A DNA stretch of 64,000 nt, taken from positions 20,894,001 through 20,958,000 of the forward strand of contig JBHGNT010000003.1 in NCBI GenBank assembly GCA_043228905.1, read 5' to 3'. The position numbers were made by a program, and so were the translations under genes. Origin of the DNA: Azolla caroliniana. Taxonomy: Eukaryota; Plantae; Polypodiophyta. How positions within the stretch are numbered: the stretch's first letter is position 1; every line of letters starts with the position of its first letter. Of this stretch, positions 52,268 through 64,000 are shown in pieces. Under the pieces are notes generated by a model, which did not search any database, had not been told where the DNA came from, and was given only the letters and a program-made list of their open reading frames with translations.

Positions 52268-55200
52268 CATCGAGTATGTATTTTTCAAACTTAATGCTTA
52301 AAATATGATACATAATTTTGAAGCTAGAGATACATATCACATACATATATATATGCAATGATAAAACTATCATGACATGCGAAAGCGTGATGAATTTGTC
52401 CCAACATGAAGAAGCCAAACCAATACATTCCTCAGTTTGGCCATATAATATGGAATGTGTTTGGTCTAAGTTCGTGTATTGTCGCAATGCATTAATACTT
52501 GATATTCGGAGAATGATTAAGGGTGGATGATCAAATTGGAAGCCCTCTACATCAAGTTGACCCTTCCACGAGAAATGGAGAATTCAAGCATCGATATAAA
52601 GTTCACATACAAAAATAGAACTAGGGACTTGCTTTAATATTGAACGGAAAAATAGAATATGTGACTTGTGTTGCCTCTTATGTACCACAAACATGATTTC
52701 AAGATTTCCTATTATATACTCCCAACAAGGATAACATCATTACCAATTACACTTAGAATGCTCTTTGCTCATCAACTTGATTATAGAACCAAACTCATGG
52801 AAGATCCCATCATGAAATTTATGGAACAAGCTTTAATAATATTTCATTGCAACTGTTAACTTAGTTTTTCTTGTTAGTACCATGCAAAAAATCCCCTAGT
52901 TATAGGAATATTGAGGAGAGATTCGTGATGATTGTTGGTCCCATGATTCACGTTGGCCTCTTGTTGATATAAGTATATTATCATCATCTCTACACACACA
53001 ACTAAGTATGCAACTAGAGTAAATGACATAGAAGACAAATGCACAATCATTATTCTACATTAGCATACAAATAGCTTAAAGATGGAATTAGGCAACACCT
53101 ACTTGCTACGCATTGATGGCATGCTTGCAATGTGCATCAAATTGGGTCTCATTGATGTACTTGTCGACAAATGGAACAAGAATGTCAATAATAGGAATTT
53201 GCAATATTATTACATATGCATGAATCCGGCATGTTAGGAATCCTCCAAGGAAATTGATGGGACACATATTCAACCACCCTCATGCTATGTAATGTGAGGC
53301 TAGTGATCATTCTCCACAATTTTCCAACATGATTTTGAAATGGAAACTAGAGCTTTGAAATGTCTGGTGAGAGCAAACTACACTTGTACACTCCCCAAGG
53401 AGCAAGTCACACTACGTTATGATGCATTCACTATCATCCGACAATGCTTACCTCTATCAATTACCTCATGCACCAATCGTACCCAACTTCTCCAAGTTGG
53501 ACTCACCAACCCCAACCTCTTACCACATGTATTCTCTCTACTAAGGTGCTACATGAACCACATCCTTTGTCCCAACAAATGACACTTATTGTAATGCTCT
53601 TTTTGGGTCCCATAGATCATGTTTCTACCCTCATGAGGGTGCCAGAACATCATCATCACTATTTGGATGCATTCAAAAATCCTATTGCACTATTGCATAT
53701 AATCTTATAGACGTGGCAATATCATAAACAAAACAGTAAATTTCATCTAATCTATCTAAACATACACATACATATTGCATATTACAATCATGTTGTCATA
53801 GGGTACATATGGCAATTGGGTGCATCTCTTTATAAGTTCAAAACACTTTACATTATCTTCTATTGTGAAGAACTCTTTTATACGACATTGATGGTAGAGT
53901 TGTTGTCTATGACAATTTCTCGTACGTTGTACTCGTGATTTGCAAATGGACTTAAATTTCATCTCATGTTATTTCTCTTTGTGCTTGTCTCTCTACACAC
54001 AACACGCATATCACATATAACAATCGTAGTGTCATAGGTTACACATAGGACAGTTGTGTGCTTCTCTTTATATTTTTGATGCTTTTTTACATCATCTTCT
54101 CATGTCTAGTTATTGTGAAAAGCTAGCATCACTATTGTAAGAATAATGCATAAAACCCATGGATCGTACATAGCTTGCATGACTGTACAATTATGTGTCT
54201 CTCGCTTTATGTAGTATTCAATGTTTTTTGTGTATTTGTCTTCTCATTCATAAACACCTCCTTGGTTTCTGTATTCTTATTGTCTCTTTGTATTTGTGTT
54301 ATAAAAGTCGAGGAGTAAAAAGGCATTTGTTAAATCTGATAAGGATAGAACTTTTGAAAAGAATATTCCCCTCTTTGATGAACACTAGTGATTAGAAAGT
54401 GGCAATAGGAGTCCCAAATTAAGTTTTTTCTGTAATCAAGTTGGTGGAAGAAATTTGTTTATATTGTTTTCGTAGGGCTTACTATTATTTTAGACAATTA
54501 ACAGACACATATATGTGACCTTTGTATCCATAAAAATCCATCTCTATTTTCGTAAAATGTAGTATGGTAAATTTAAGTCGACCAATGTGGTATATGTCAC
54601 CTGATCATGAACAAAAACAACGTCGAGTTACTCAAAACAAGATGATAGGTAACACCACATGCTTATCTATTTGACGTGATAATATGTCCACAAAACTAAC
54701 TAGTGTTGAAATGCAAAGCGTCGGATCTTCCTCCACGTGTTAAATGTGATAGAGATACTCAACCATAGATGTTCTTTTAGGGGAATCACTATTGCTTGTG
54801 AGGAAAGTCACACAATTAGGAAAAATAATGAAGCTCAATGCCTTACCTTCTCATATGATCATGAAGCCAAATATTTTTGCACACGTGTAAAGAAATCGCT
54901 CTAACATCTCTTTCATTCGAAAACCTAACAAAGTACAATGGCTTAGATTTGGATTTAAAAATGGAATCCTTTTTCTTTTGGGCTCCATTCGTTTTACCTA
55001 ACCTTGATTCTCGCATTTGCCACATGCACTTTCTTGATTTTAGAGTCTCCCCTACAAAACAATGTATCATGGTCCTAAAATATAGGCGACTTAGAGCATC
55101 ACAATATCTCATATAGCTATTTAAGTATGTCCTTAACTATCATATAATCAACAACTATGTGTGAGCTGCTACATTAGGGTTGTTTAATAATGTTCGGTGC

Positions 55201-57418
55201 GCAACTAACCAATCATTCAGCAGTTAGGAGATGTAACTCAATTATCGATTGACCTGCATTAAACAATTAATTAATTTAAACCATATTCAATATTGTGCTC
55301 GTAGTGGGTTGCTTTTCTAAACTTACGTTATTTCCATATCCTTTTCCAATAAAATAAACTCATTCGGGCGCCCAACATTAGAAAAAAAAAACAATTTATG
55401 TCATCTAGATTGGCCATCAAGTCCTTAACAACTCATAAATCACATATCATATATCCATGTAGAGCTAAGTATTCATTAATAAAAAATAATGTTTTGCAAA
55501 AATATGCGTAGCAACCATTTGAAACAAATTTGCATTTTACATAAATGTGGACTCAAGTTGTGAACTATGTTTAGCTTACCTTAACTAAACATTTGAATAA
55601 TATTTGGGTTGAGTGTTAATATCCACTTAGGTATTTGCTTCTATTTGTGTGCGTGTTTAATGGGTATATCAATGGAAGTGTGGATTGTGAGTAGCATAAT
55701 ATCAAGTATCAAGAGTTATGTAGCCATGAAAAGGACTAGAATATTACCTTACAAAATAGCATCACCACAACTTCAAATCTAATCGTAAATATATCATTAT
55801 AAAATAATTTGAGCACATCACGGTTGCAGTTTTCACGTACCATCATGCTCTATCCAATATTATTATCGCCTTTGCTTGAGTTTCATGAAGTTATATATTT
55901 CTTACAAATCAAACATCATTCGTTTTCCTAGAATGGTATACAAGTTTATTTAATTAAATCCAACGAACATGGTTGAAGTTTTCGCAGAAAAAACGGTTTT
56001 TTTTTTTATGGGATGAAATACGTGGTGACATTGAACTCTGTTTGACGTGACTAAATTATCATGATAATTATACTAATGTGAATGACTAGAAGGTTTGGTA
56101 AAGCATGTTGACATCTTTTTATATTTAATTTATATGAATCGTCAAACGATGAGTTAATCACAAGGTTTCATGTGGAAGTGAGAGAAATATTGTTGATAAT
56201 GAGTGTGAGAACAAGTATTCCTCATGTTCATGTCCTATCTGAATCCGCCATTTGTTAGGAAATCTTGCCATCGAGATCTCCTACAAGCACCGTGTCTTGA
56301 GAAATGATAGAATACCTCTAGATTTGTAATTTTGTTTTGGGATGATTTAATGAGTTTAGCAATGAGATTTTGATTCCAAAGTGCGAATGAGAGTATACCG
56401 TCCCAATAAACGAGGTGGAAATTGAGGCAAAGGCTCGGTCATAAAGGACAGATGGAAAAGGCCCACGTGATATCTCATGCCTATGGAGGTAACAATTGGC
56501 TTCGTGATTTCATGTTCACATGGGTATTTGATGCCATTGTGCTTACCAATTTCCACGTGTTCACATTTGGGAGGAAGGACACATTTGTCTTTATGACAAT
56601 GTAGACTCTCAAACATTACTAAAAACCTTAACTTCAACAACCAATTTTTTATGAACGACTCTAATATCACATAATTATAAAGCAACATCATGATTGAATC
56701 ATATTGCAAGCATCATGCTTTGATACAACATCACTCTCACATACAAGGATTACACTCTTGTGAGTGTGTTAGATATACTCTTAACATAAGCAAATGGTCC
56801 ATAACAGAATGTTTTGGTGTAAAGCCTATTTGGCCGAGTGCTCATTTGTGATATTGTTTAGCCCATAAGCTAATCTTTTGTTCCACGACAATAGTATATA
56901 ACTTGGTCATAACCAAGCTAAGCATGATAGTTTGATAATTGGATGTTCAATTTTTATCTCCTCCTTTATGGATCGGTTTAATCTAATATTTAGGAAAATC
57001 TCTTTGATAGTTTAATTCATGATAGATAGATAGGGTATTTGCGATCATAACAACTAATCCGTAAGCTCATAATTAGAGAGGATAAAAGAGTATTACCCTC
57101 TCTATATATTGTGTTTACTTCATATAAACTCTATGAGCACAAATCTTTATCTGTCATGTTTGCACTCCCTTTGAGCTTTGGCATTTGATTGTATAAATAT
57201 GTAGGTTTTTTTTAATTTAAAGAAAGATACACCTTAGTATATTACTTGAGAAATGTACATAGAGAAAATAGACAGAGACAATTCATCTCACTTCTATTGT
57301 GATACAAAGGCTAGTAGCAACATATGATCAAAAGATGATATCATATAAGAAACAATCGGAGCAATAATTACGAGCTATGCAACAAAAAAGGAGGCATGGC
57401 ATAATTCCACCTTAGATA

Positions 57419-58682
57419 CAGTAGACATTCGGTTAAGTGCGCACTTTGATCTTAGGGAATAAGTGCGCACTTAACTGAGCTGCGCACTTAGGGCTGAATA
57501 TGAAAATTTTGTTGATACAACAAGCATTTGCTACACCAGTTAGCCTCATTACCTTATCTTTCTTAACCGGAAGGGTTAGGTGAATGATAAAATAGTAGAT
57601 GGCCTGAAAGGAGATGTTCCTCCACGTGAAATTAGAGGTGATCAAAAAATTAGGGGCTCTTTCCACCCTATAAAGGGCATGTTTAACGAATTATTGGTGG
57701 TCTGCTCTACAACAGATTATCATTGGGCTCATTCTACCTGTTTGGGGGTATGTTTAGCAAAATCAATGGCATGATCTGTTGTGGATTATCAGTGGGCTCT
57801 TTGGGGCATGTTCAGTAGATTATCAGCAGCCTCCTCTATATCGGATAATAGGTGGGCTCCTTCTGCACAATTGGAGGCATGTTCAACAAATTATCAGTTG
57901 GCTTATCTCTAGCGCTTCCAACATGTCCATGATTGAATGCACCCATAGTAGTTACACGTTAGTTTAATGACATATTCCCTGATGATCCTGTTGCCACAAA
58001 AAATTTACGAAGATTGCCACCAAATTCCTCCACCGATGCCCTTGGGTTTTGTTTACTCACCATAAGTCACATAAGTACCTAGAAAAAATCCAAATAGAAG
58101 AAACCCTAACCCTAAATGTTGGGTGAAAAGCATGACAAGGGACTCATGAAATTCTCTTGACTTAGAGTGAGCCAAGGGAGGGGTATTGTTGTAAATATGA
58201 AAAATCTGTTTAGTTCTTCCTTATTCCTTTCACAATGCCCCTTGGGTTTTTCGTTTGTTGGCTGCCATTTCCATGGCTAAGATTGCTCTCTCAAACATTT
58301 GCTGAAACTAATCGGGCCTCACTATACCACTTTCACCACTAATGCAAAACTGCCATCCATAATCGCGAAGTCTAGACTCTCCTTTGATGCCCTAACATCC
58401 ACTTCTTGAATTGTTGATGCATGATTACCATGACCTATCACGACCACAACCTCACCCATTTCCTTCAATGTCCCCACCATCAATAGCTAATCTAATGGAG
58501 ACAATCTTGCCAAGATAGAGATGCTTTGCAAATGCGTCTTTCTTTCCTCATTCGAATATAATAGAATGTAATTTTGTGAAGAAACAATGTAATTTTTTTG
58601 AACTGGATTTTGGCCTCCCAAAAAAGCGCACTTAATAGAATGGCACAATTAAATGGACACACACTTAACCGAATGTCTACTG
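57419..58682. mobile_element. Non-autonomous Tc1/mariner-superfamily (pogo-like) DNA transposon, 1264 bp
   Basis: Perfect 21-bp TIR CAGTAGACATTCGGTTAAGTG / CACTTAACCGAATGTCTACTG, flanked by TA on both sides. Subterminal GCGCACTTA repeats. Confidence 0.88.
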
Positions 58683-58689
58683 TAATAAG

Positions 58690-59960
58690 TTGTATCTGAA
58701 AATAAGTGAAGCCCTTGCCATCGTTTCTTAAAGGCCACTTGACGTTGCCATAGAACATCATATTGAATGGAAAAATAATAGTTCGAATTCAATAAACATG
58801 GTGTGGTGATGTATGTGAGCATTATTAAAAACAACATCACATCTCGCTTTCCATATTATCCAAAGAGCCAATGACATAATAATACACCAAATAACCAGAT
58901 TTTCAATTGTAAACCGTCAAATAGAAGATGGAAATGAGGTTAGATAGAGGTGTCCATGGGAAAAGTGAAAGACATAAGAAGCATGTCTACTTTCATACTT
59001 CATAACATCTCCATGAAGGATGCCCCATAATACTGCACCCCATGAGAAAATAGAACGAGAATAATGTTGTCTGAACAATAAAAAACAACTTACTCCAAAA
59101 TTGCTTGATCTTGGGACATAACCAAAACACATGCAAAATAGATTCCATTGATGCACCACAATGCATTCCACAAGCATATTGCTGATTTTGCCTCAACCAA
59201 TCACCAACAGGAAGAGCATAATGCATCAACAACCAACAAAAACAAATAACTTTTTTCGGCAACTACATACTCCACAAGCATTTCCAAAATTTGGTAAGTT
59301 GCAATGCATGCACATTATTTGTAGTCCAATGCTTCATGACAACAAGGCATTTATACTTTGATTGCAACCACAAATTTCTACCTAGCTTAACTGAATATTG
59401 GAAAAACTCCAAATGTTTACCATTTCCACTCGGCTTTTTCAATTGATAATCAGCCGGATCCCAATCCAAATTGTAAAGAGGTTTTTTTTGAAAAATCCAC
59501 ATGAGCAACACAACAAGCATTCTTGAAAGGGTGCATCCAAGAACCATTTTTTTCCATATCTTGCAACTACTTGAATAGCTGAAACATTGGCAAACATCCA
59601 CACATCTGATGTAGAAAATACATGCCACAACCTATCATTATCATCCACATTAAAGTATATAGCATCACCCGTAGTGTTAGTTACTTTAGCTCCTAAAATA
59701 ACTTTTAAAGGAGAGAAATAACCAAACCAAATCTGATTGTTAGAGGGGGACCATGAATCCCTAAATTGTCCCAATGCCACTTGCATATCATTGCACATAA
59801 TAGCACCTCCTCAAACTGAAAGCATCGACAAAGGTTGTAACGGTTTATTCATAACATAACATCCCCATGATAGAACATTACCTGCAACTGGTGCATCCAA
59901 AGAAGCCCAATTCAACCGAGGATGACGACCAAGCAAAAAACCCCTTGCATCAGAGGAGAA
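58690..59960 (-). mobile_element. Degenerate L1-like LINE, 3' part of ORF2 (zf-RVT region)
   Basis: Motifs HYALPVGDWL...CGMHCGASMESILHVFWLCPKIKQFW and ALWIIWKARCDVVFNN; frameshifted. Confidence 0.8.
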
Positions 59961-60504
59961 AATTCCAGTTCAAAGGTTGTCTCAACAAGTCATATGTTAT
60001 CAAAGGCATTGTAAATATGTGGCTTAAATAACAATTATTAAATTCTATAAGTTTCTAAGTTAATCAAGGAAGGTCATCCCTTTAGTGAGATTTTGAATCT
60101 AGTTTGGATTGTAGTAGTAAATAATTTGACCTTTTGTCAACACTCGACTACGAGATGGCCGCCTTCGACAATTCTTGCCCTATCACCTAAGATGCTAGGT
60201 TCCTTATCATACATGACTTTGAAGGCAAACCATGTCTCCCAAAGTCTCAACCCAAGGGACACTCACACAAATCATCATATCGCTAGAAGGCTAGGCCACC
60301 AATTGTATGGCCACTGTCCACCTAGCCAATTTGAGACGCTTGATGTAAGTCATAAAAACTTCTTATGAATGTTTTAATGTCCCATCATGCCCAAGCAAAC
60401 TTAGAAAGAACCAAACCCAGAGTATAATGCAATTTATCATTTAGTTAGAGCAAGTGTTACACAAGTTTAACTACTATCCCCAAGATAATTACATTAAGAA
60501 CACC

Positions 60505-61015
60505 TTCCTTTTGACTTTTTAGAAGTCCTTGCACACAATCCTAGGCATAGTCAAATTCTCGGCCTTGGTCTTTAACAATGGGGTCAAGCTAGTCTAATTA
60601 TGCATTTTTTATAGACTAGTCATGCCCTTAACATGAACAACATTCAACAGGTACCATGATTGGACAAAGATGCCCACTTCCACAATGTCCTCCATGTATA
60701 GAAGACCCTGCATGCAATGTTAGGCATCATCAATTTCGTGACCTTGGCCTTTATAGTGTGGTCAAATTGGTCTAGTTATGGATCTTATAAAGAGTAATAA
60801 TGCCTTGAACATGACCAACATTTAACAAGTGCTATGGGTGGACAAAGAGAACAACTTCCACAATGTCATCCATGTGCATAAGACCCTACAAGTAATGGCT
60901 AAGCATCATCAATTTCTTGGCCTCGACCTTGTATAGACTAGTCATGCCCTCAACATCATCAACATTCAACATGTATTATGGGTGGACAAAGAGGCCCATT
61001 ACACAATGTCGTCGA
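60505..61015. repeat. About three diverged ~180-bp tandem repeats
   Basis: ATGCCxTxAACAT...AACATTxAACA...TGGACAAAGA...CACAATGTC recurs three times. Confidence 0.7.
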
Positions 61016-62189
61016 TGTGTTGTCGTGAAATGTACATCACACATGCTTGGACAAACATCCATCTTGTTTCTACATGTGGGGATTGAGGTGCAAAAAGATG
61101 GTTCATAAATATGTTTTGTTGAGTTGGGTTTTGAACTTGTGAACTTCAAAATAGATTATAAGCTCCATTGTGTCGTCTCAAGGTGGATACTATTGAGAGC
61201 ACATCTATTGATCGCCGGAGTTCTACCTCTAAGTCGATGTCATGAGCCAAGGCATTAGACTGCCGTATACCCTATTGGTGGCGAACTAGTCAAGAGTGGT
61301 TGTCAATCACACTTGAGCCTCTAGTTGCAAAACCATAACCTCACTCATTCCCACTCATACTTCCTCGTGTTAACTCTTACTTAAGAGATTAATTAAGTCT
61401 TAAGAAAAGCATAAAAAGTAAACATATATGCATATAAGTAAAGACAAACAACATATATGTTAATGACACCCCATCTCGATTAATGTAGCGAGCTCAAGCT
61501 TAGGTTATAAGAGGGACAAAGAGCTATGAAAGTCACCAAATGTGCCTTTTGTAGCTTTTTACAATGACGTTTGGCCCATTTCACATTGGGATGACCCTTT
61601 GGCCTAGAGCTTTGAAATGACTTTTATTCTATTCCCCATTTTCTCTAATGTTCCCTTAAGCTTGATGCCTACACAAGTGCCGCCATGAATTGTGTTACGT
61701 ACAATGTGTACTTAAGATTCACCAATAGAGCACAACACATGATTAAATATATTAAAACTTTATTTATTAAATGATTAACCCATGACCTTTAGGTTAAATT
61801 AGATTGAATTTACTTACCCAACACACCACAACACCTATGCAATTGAAAATAACGTGATTTTATTTATTAAAGTATTAACTTACACCTGGGATATTTAGCC
61901 TCCTCTCTAGAATTTGTGGGCCTAGTTGCTCTTGTATTCTCCCCCACACATAAGATACTTGTTGGTCCCCCCCCCCTATAATAACCTAGATGAGATGATA
62001 TTATATAAGGTTTCACATGCACTAAGGGCTAATAGGATGTTGTTAGTTAGTGCTTATGGTTTACTTTAGATAAAGAGAGAAGGTGTTGGATTCAAAACTT
62101 GTAATTTGTGGTTCAGAAGAACATTTTAAATTTGTCAATTTCCTTAGTTTGGAGGTGGTGTCACATTGTGTGCCATTATCAAATGACAT

Positions 62190-63852
62190 CACTCTATGCA
62201 AATCTCATGTGCACACCATCGAACAAGGAGAATGCAACTTACAAAACATGAGATTACGACCAGTTCATCCTCTCGACCAACCCGTTGAGCTCTGATGTTT
62301 TCGGCATGGTGCACTTGAGTTGGATTCCCTTTGACCGACAACATTCTTTGAACAATCCTCGGTATTCTCCTCCATTGTCCACTCAGACTGCTTTTAATTT
62401 CCGGCTTGTCTCCCTCTCGGCTCTCACTTGGAACTCCCTGAAGACCGACAATACTTGATCCTTGGTCTTCAATACGGAAGCTCACAACTTTTGACTACAG
62501 TCATTGATGAAGGTCACAAAATATTGTGAACCGGCATGTGACTTAGTGTCTACGTAGGATACATTAGTATGCACGAGTTCCAATGGCATTCTCTTCCTTG
62601 TCGGGGGCCTAGTTTGGAAGGAGGTTTTGTTCTCCTTACCGACCAAGCAATCATTGCATTTCTCAAGTTGCATGTTCTTCACCTCCGGAATGAGGTTATC
62701 CTCGGCAAGTCTCTGCATCCCCTTCTCGGTCATGTGTCACAACCTCTTGTGCCACAACTCACCGATAGTGTCGACTACCACATTCACTTCCTCCCGGCAT
62801 ATTCAGGCATGCATCATATACAATGTGTTGGTTTTCCGGGCTCGGGCCATGATCAAACTTCCTTTGTAGAACTTTAGGATGTCATTTTGGATGCTACCCA
62901 TATAGCCTTCATCATCTAGTCAACCGGTTGATATCAGATTCGGTTTGACTTCCGGAATGTGTCGAACATCCTTTAACACTAATCTGCACCTGGTTAAGGT
63001 TACCAAACACACATCTCCTATGTCGTCAATTCGGCATGCTCCTTCATTCCTCATATTCACAAAACCGTGGTCTTTGGCTCTATATGATGAGAAGCACTTT
63101 CGGTCGGGGGTTAGGTGGAATGACGCTTCGGAGTCGACCACCCAATGTCGATTCGTCGTTAACAAGATTCACTTCACATTGCTCGCTAATCAGCAACAGT
63201 CCCACCTCACTTGTCGTGATTGTCGAGGTGTTCTTGCTATTCGGAATCTTCTTCGGTTGAACACCGTCAGCTCCCCCTTTGTTTTTCCGGTAGTATCGGC
63301 AATTTTTTTGGAAATGCCCCGGCTTCCCACAATAAAAACACGTGTGCCTCCCGCTTGACTTTGACCTAGTCCCCGACTTTTCCCAGTTCTGGGAGCTTGT
63401 GTTTCGGCCCCTTCCTCGATTCGTGTCACCTTGTTCTTCTCCCAGAGGACATCCACCTTGTTCTCGTCATTGAAGTTGTTGTATAAACTCATGTCTATAA
63501 AACATTTGATGTATGATGCCGCCTTCAGATGCACGACTTCCCAAGTCGATGCATCAATCTTGTCTGGTTTGGTCTTACCATATTGCACTGAGAACCATAA
63601 ATATTTGCACACCAACATGTCCCTCATCTTTGACTTCCACACTGAATAGTTGGAGCCGGTTAGTTTGAACATGCCGCCGAATGAATCTTCCATCGCTCTA
63701 ATACCAATTTGTTGAGATCGAAGCCGGCCACAACTGGTTATACTCTAGCATACATTGGTGCAAAGTTTTGAACAAATAGAAAAAACTGGAAGCAAAATAC
63801 ACAAGTTCAGTGACATGAGATGTTTTACGTGGAAACCCTAACAAGGGAAAAC
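62190..63852 (-). mobile_element. Degenerate, truncated Tnt1-like Copia related to family B: gag from 63693, protease, start of integrase; PBS 63695-63706; 5' LTR from 63710
   Basis: Motifs NYSVWKSKMRDMLV, WVVDSEASFHLTPDR, ELWHKRL, PLELVHTNV. PBS reads TGGTATTAGAGC on the minus strand. Confidence 0.88.
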
Positions 63853-64000
63853 TGTCGAATACATGTGTATAATGGACGTATTCACACTATCCCGTTTTGG
63901 CCATTTATGTAATTAGCATAAAGGGTAGTTGCCCTAAGTCGGTCACTATATATAGTGACCTTGTAACCTTTTTGTAAGGTTGGGTGTTGTATTATTGCTT
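63853..64000 (+). mobile_element. Start of an LTR (same family as the solo LTR at 2238-2597) inserted into the Copia LTR; runs off the right edge
   Basis: TGTCGAATACATGTGTATAATGGACGTATTCACAC matches the reverse complement of ~2563-2597. Confidence 0.7.

Noticed and set aside
50900-53700. LINE endonuclease or other TE coding relics (e.g. VLVTGNMNAW near 51810)
   Set aside because: Only isolated short motifs; too decayed to delimit or classify.
42000-62000. Many 60-120 aa ORFs in the ORF track
   Set aside because: No recognisable domains apart from the relics listed; consistent with chance ORFs in AT-rich or microsatellite DNA.
61021-62100. Third member of the TGTCGT-terminated LTR family
   Set aside because: It starts with TGTCGTG, but I found no ACGT flank, no matching ACGACA end and no shared subterminal motif.

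Overview
Eukaryotic plant nuclear DNA. A non-seed vascular plant such as a fern is my inference from the TE families and gene style; it is not proven. The left 26 kb is dominated by a ~23-kb head-to-tail array of about 80 full or partial tRNA-Thr(UGU)-derived units (visual count, 2789-25835) built from two alternating unit types. The array is interrupted by a plastid psbB fragment, a hAT MITE, an RT-less Copia element (itself carrying a hAT MITE), a solo LTR of that same Copia family, and a very young Tnt1-like Copia whose polyprotein ORF is split by a solo LTR with a 4-bp ACGT target duplication. Both insertions of the first Copia family sit at the same tRNA position, directly after nt 72. 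Right of the array are two convergent genes: an ASR3/SH4-like trihelix transcription factor (+) and a 15-exon class-A auxin response factor (-). The last 22 kb is a field of decayed elements: hAT MITEs, a PPR relic, a pogo-like element, LINE relics and a degenerate Copia.
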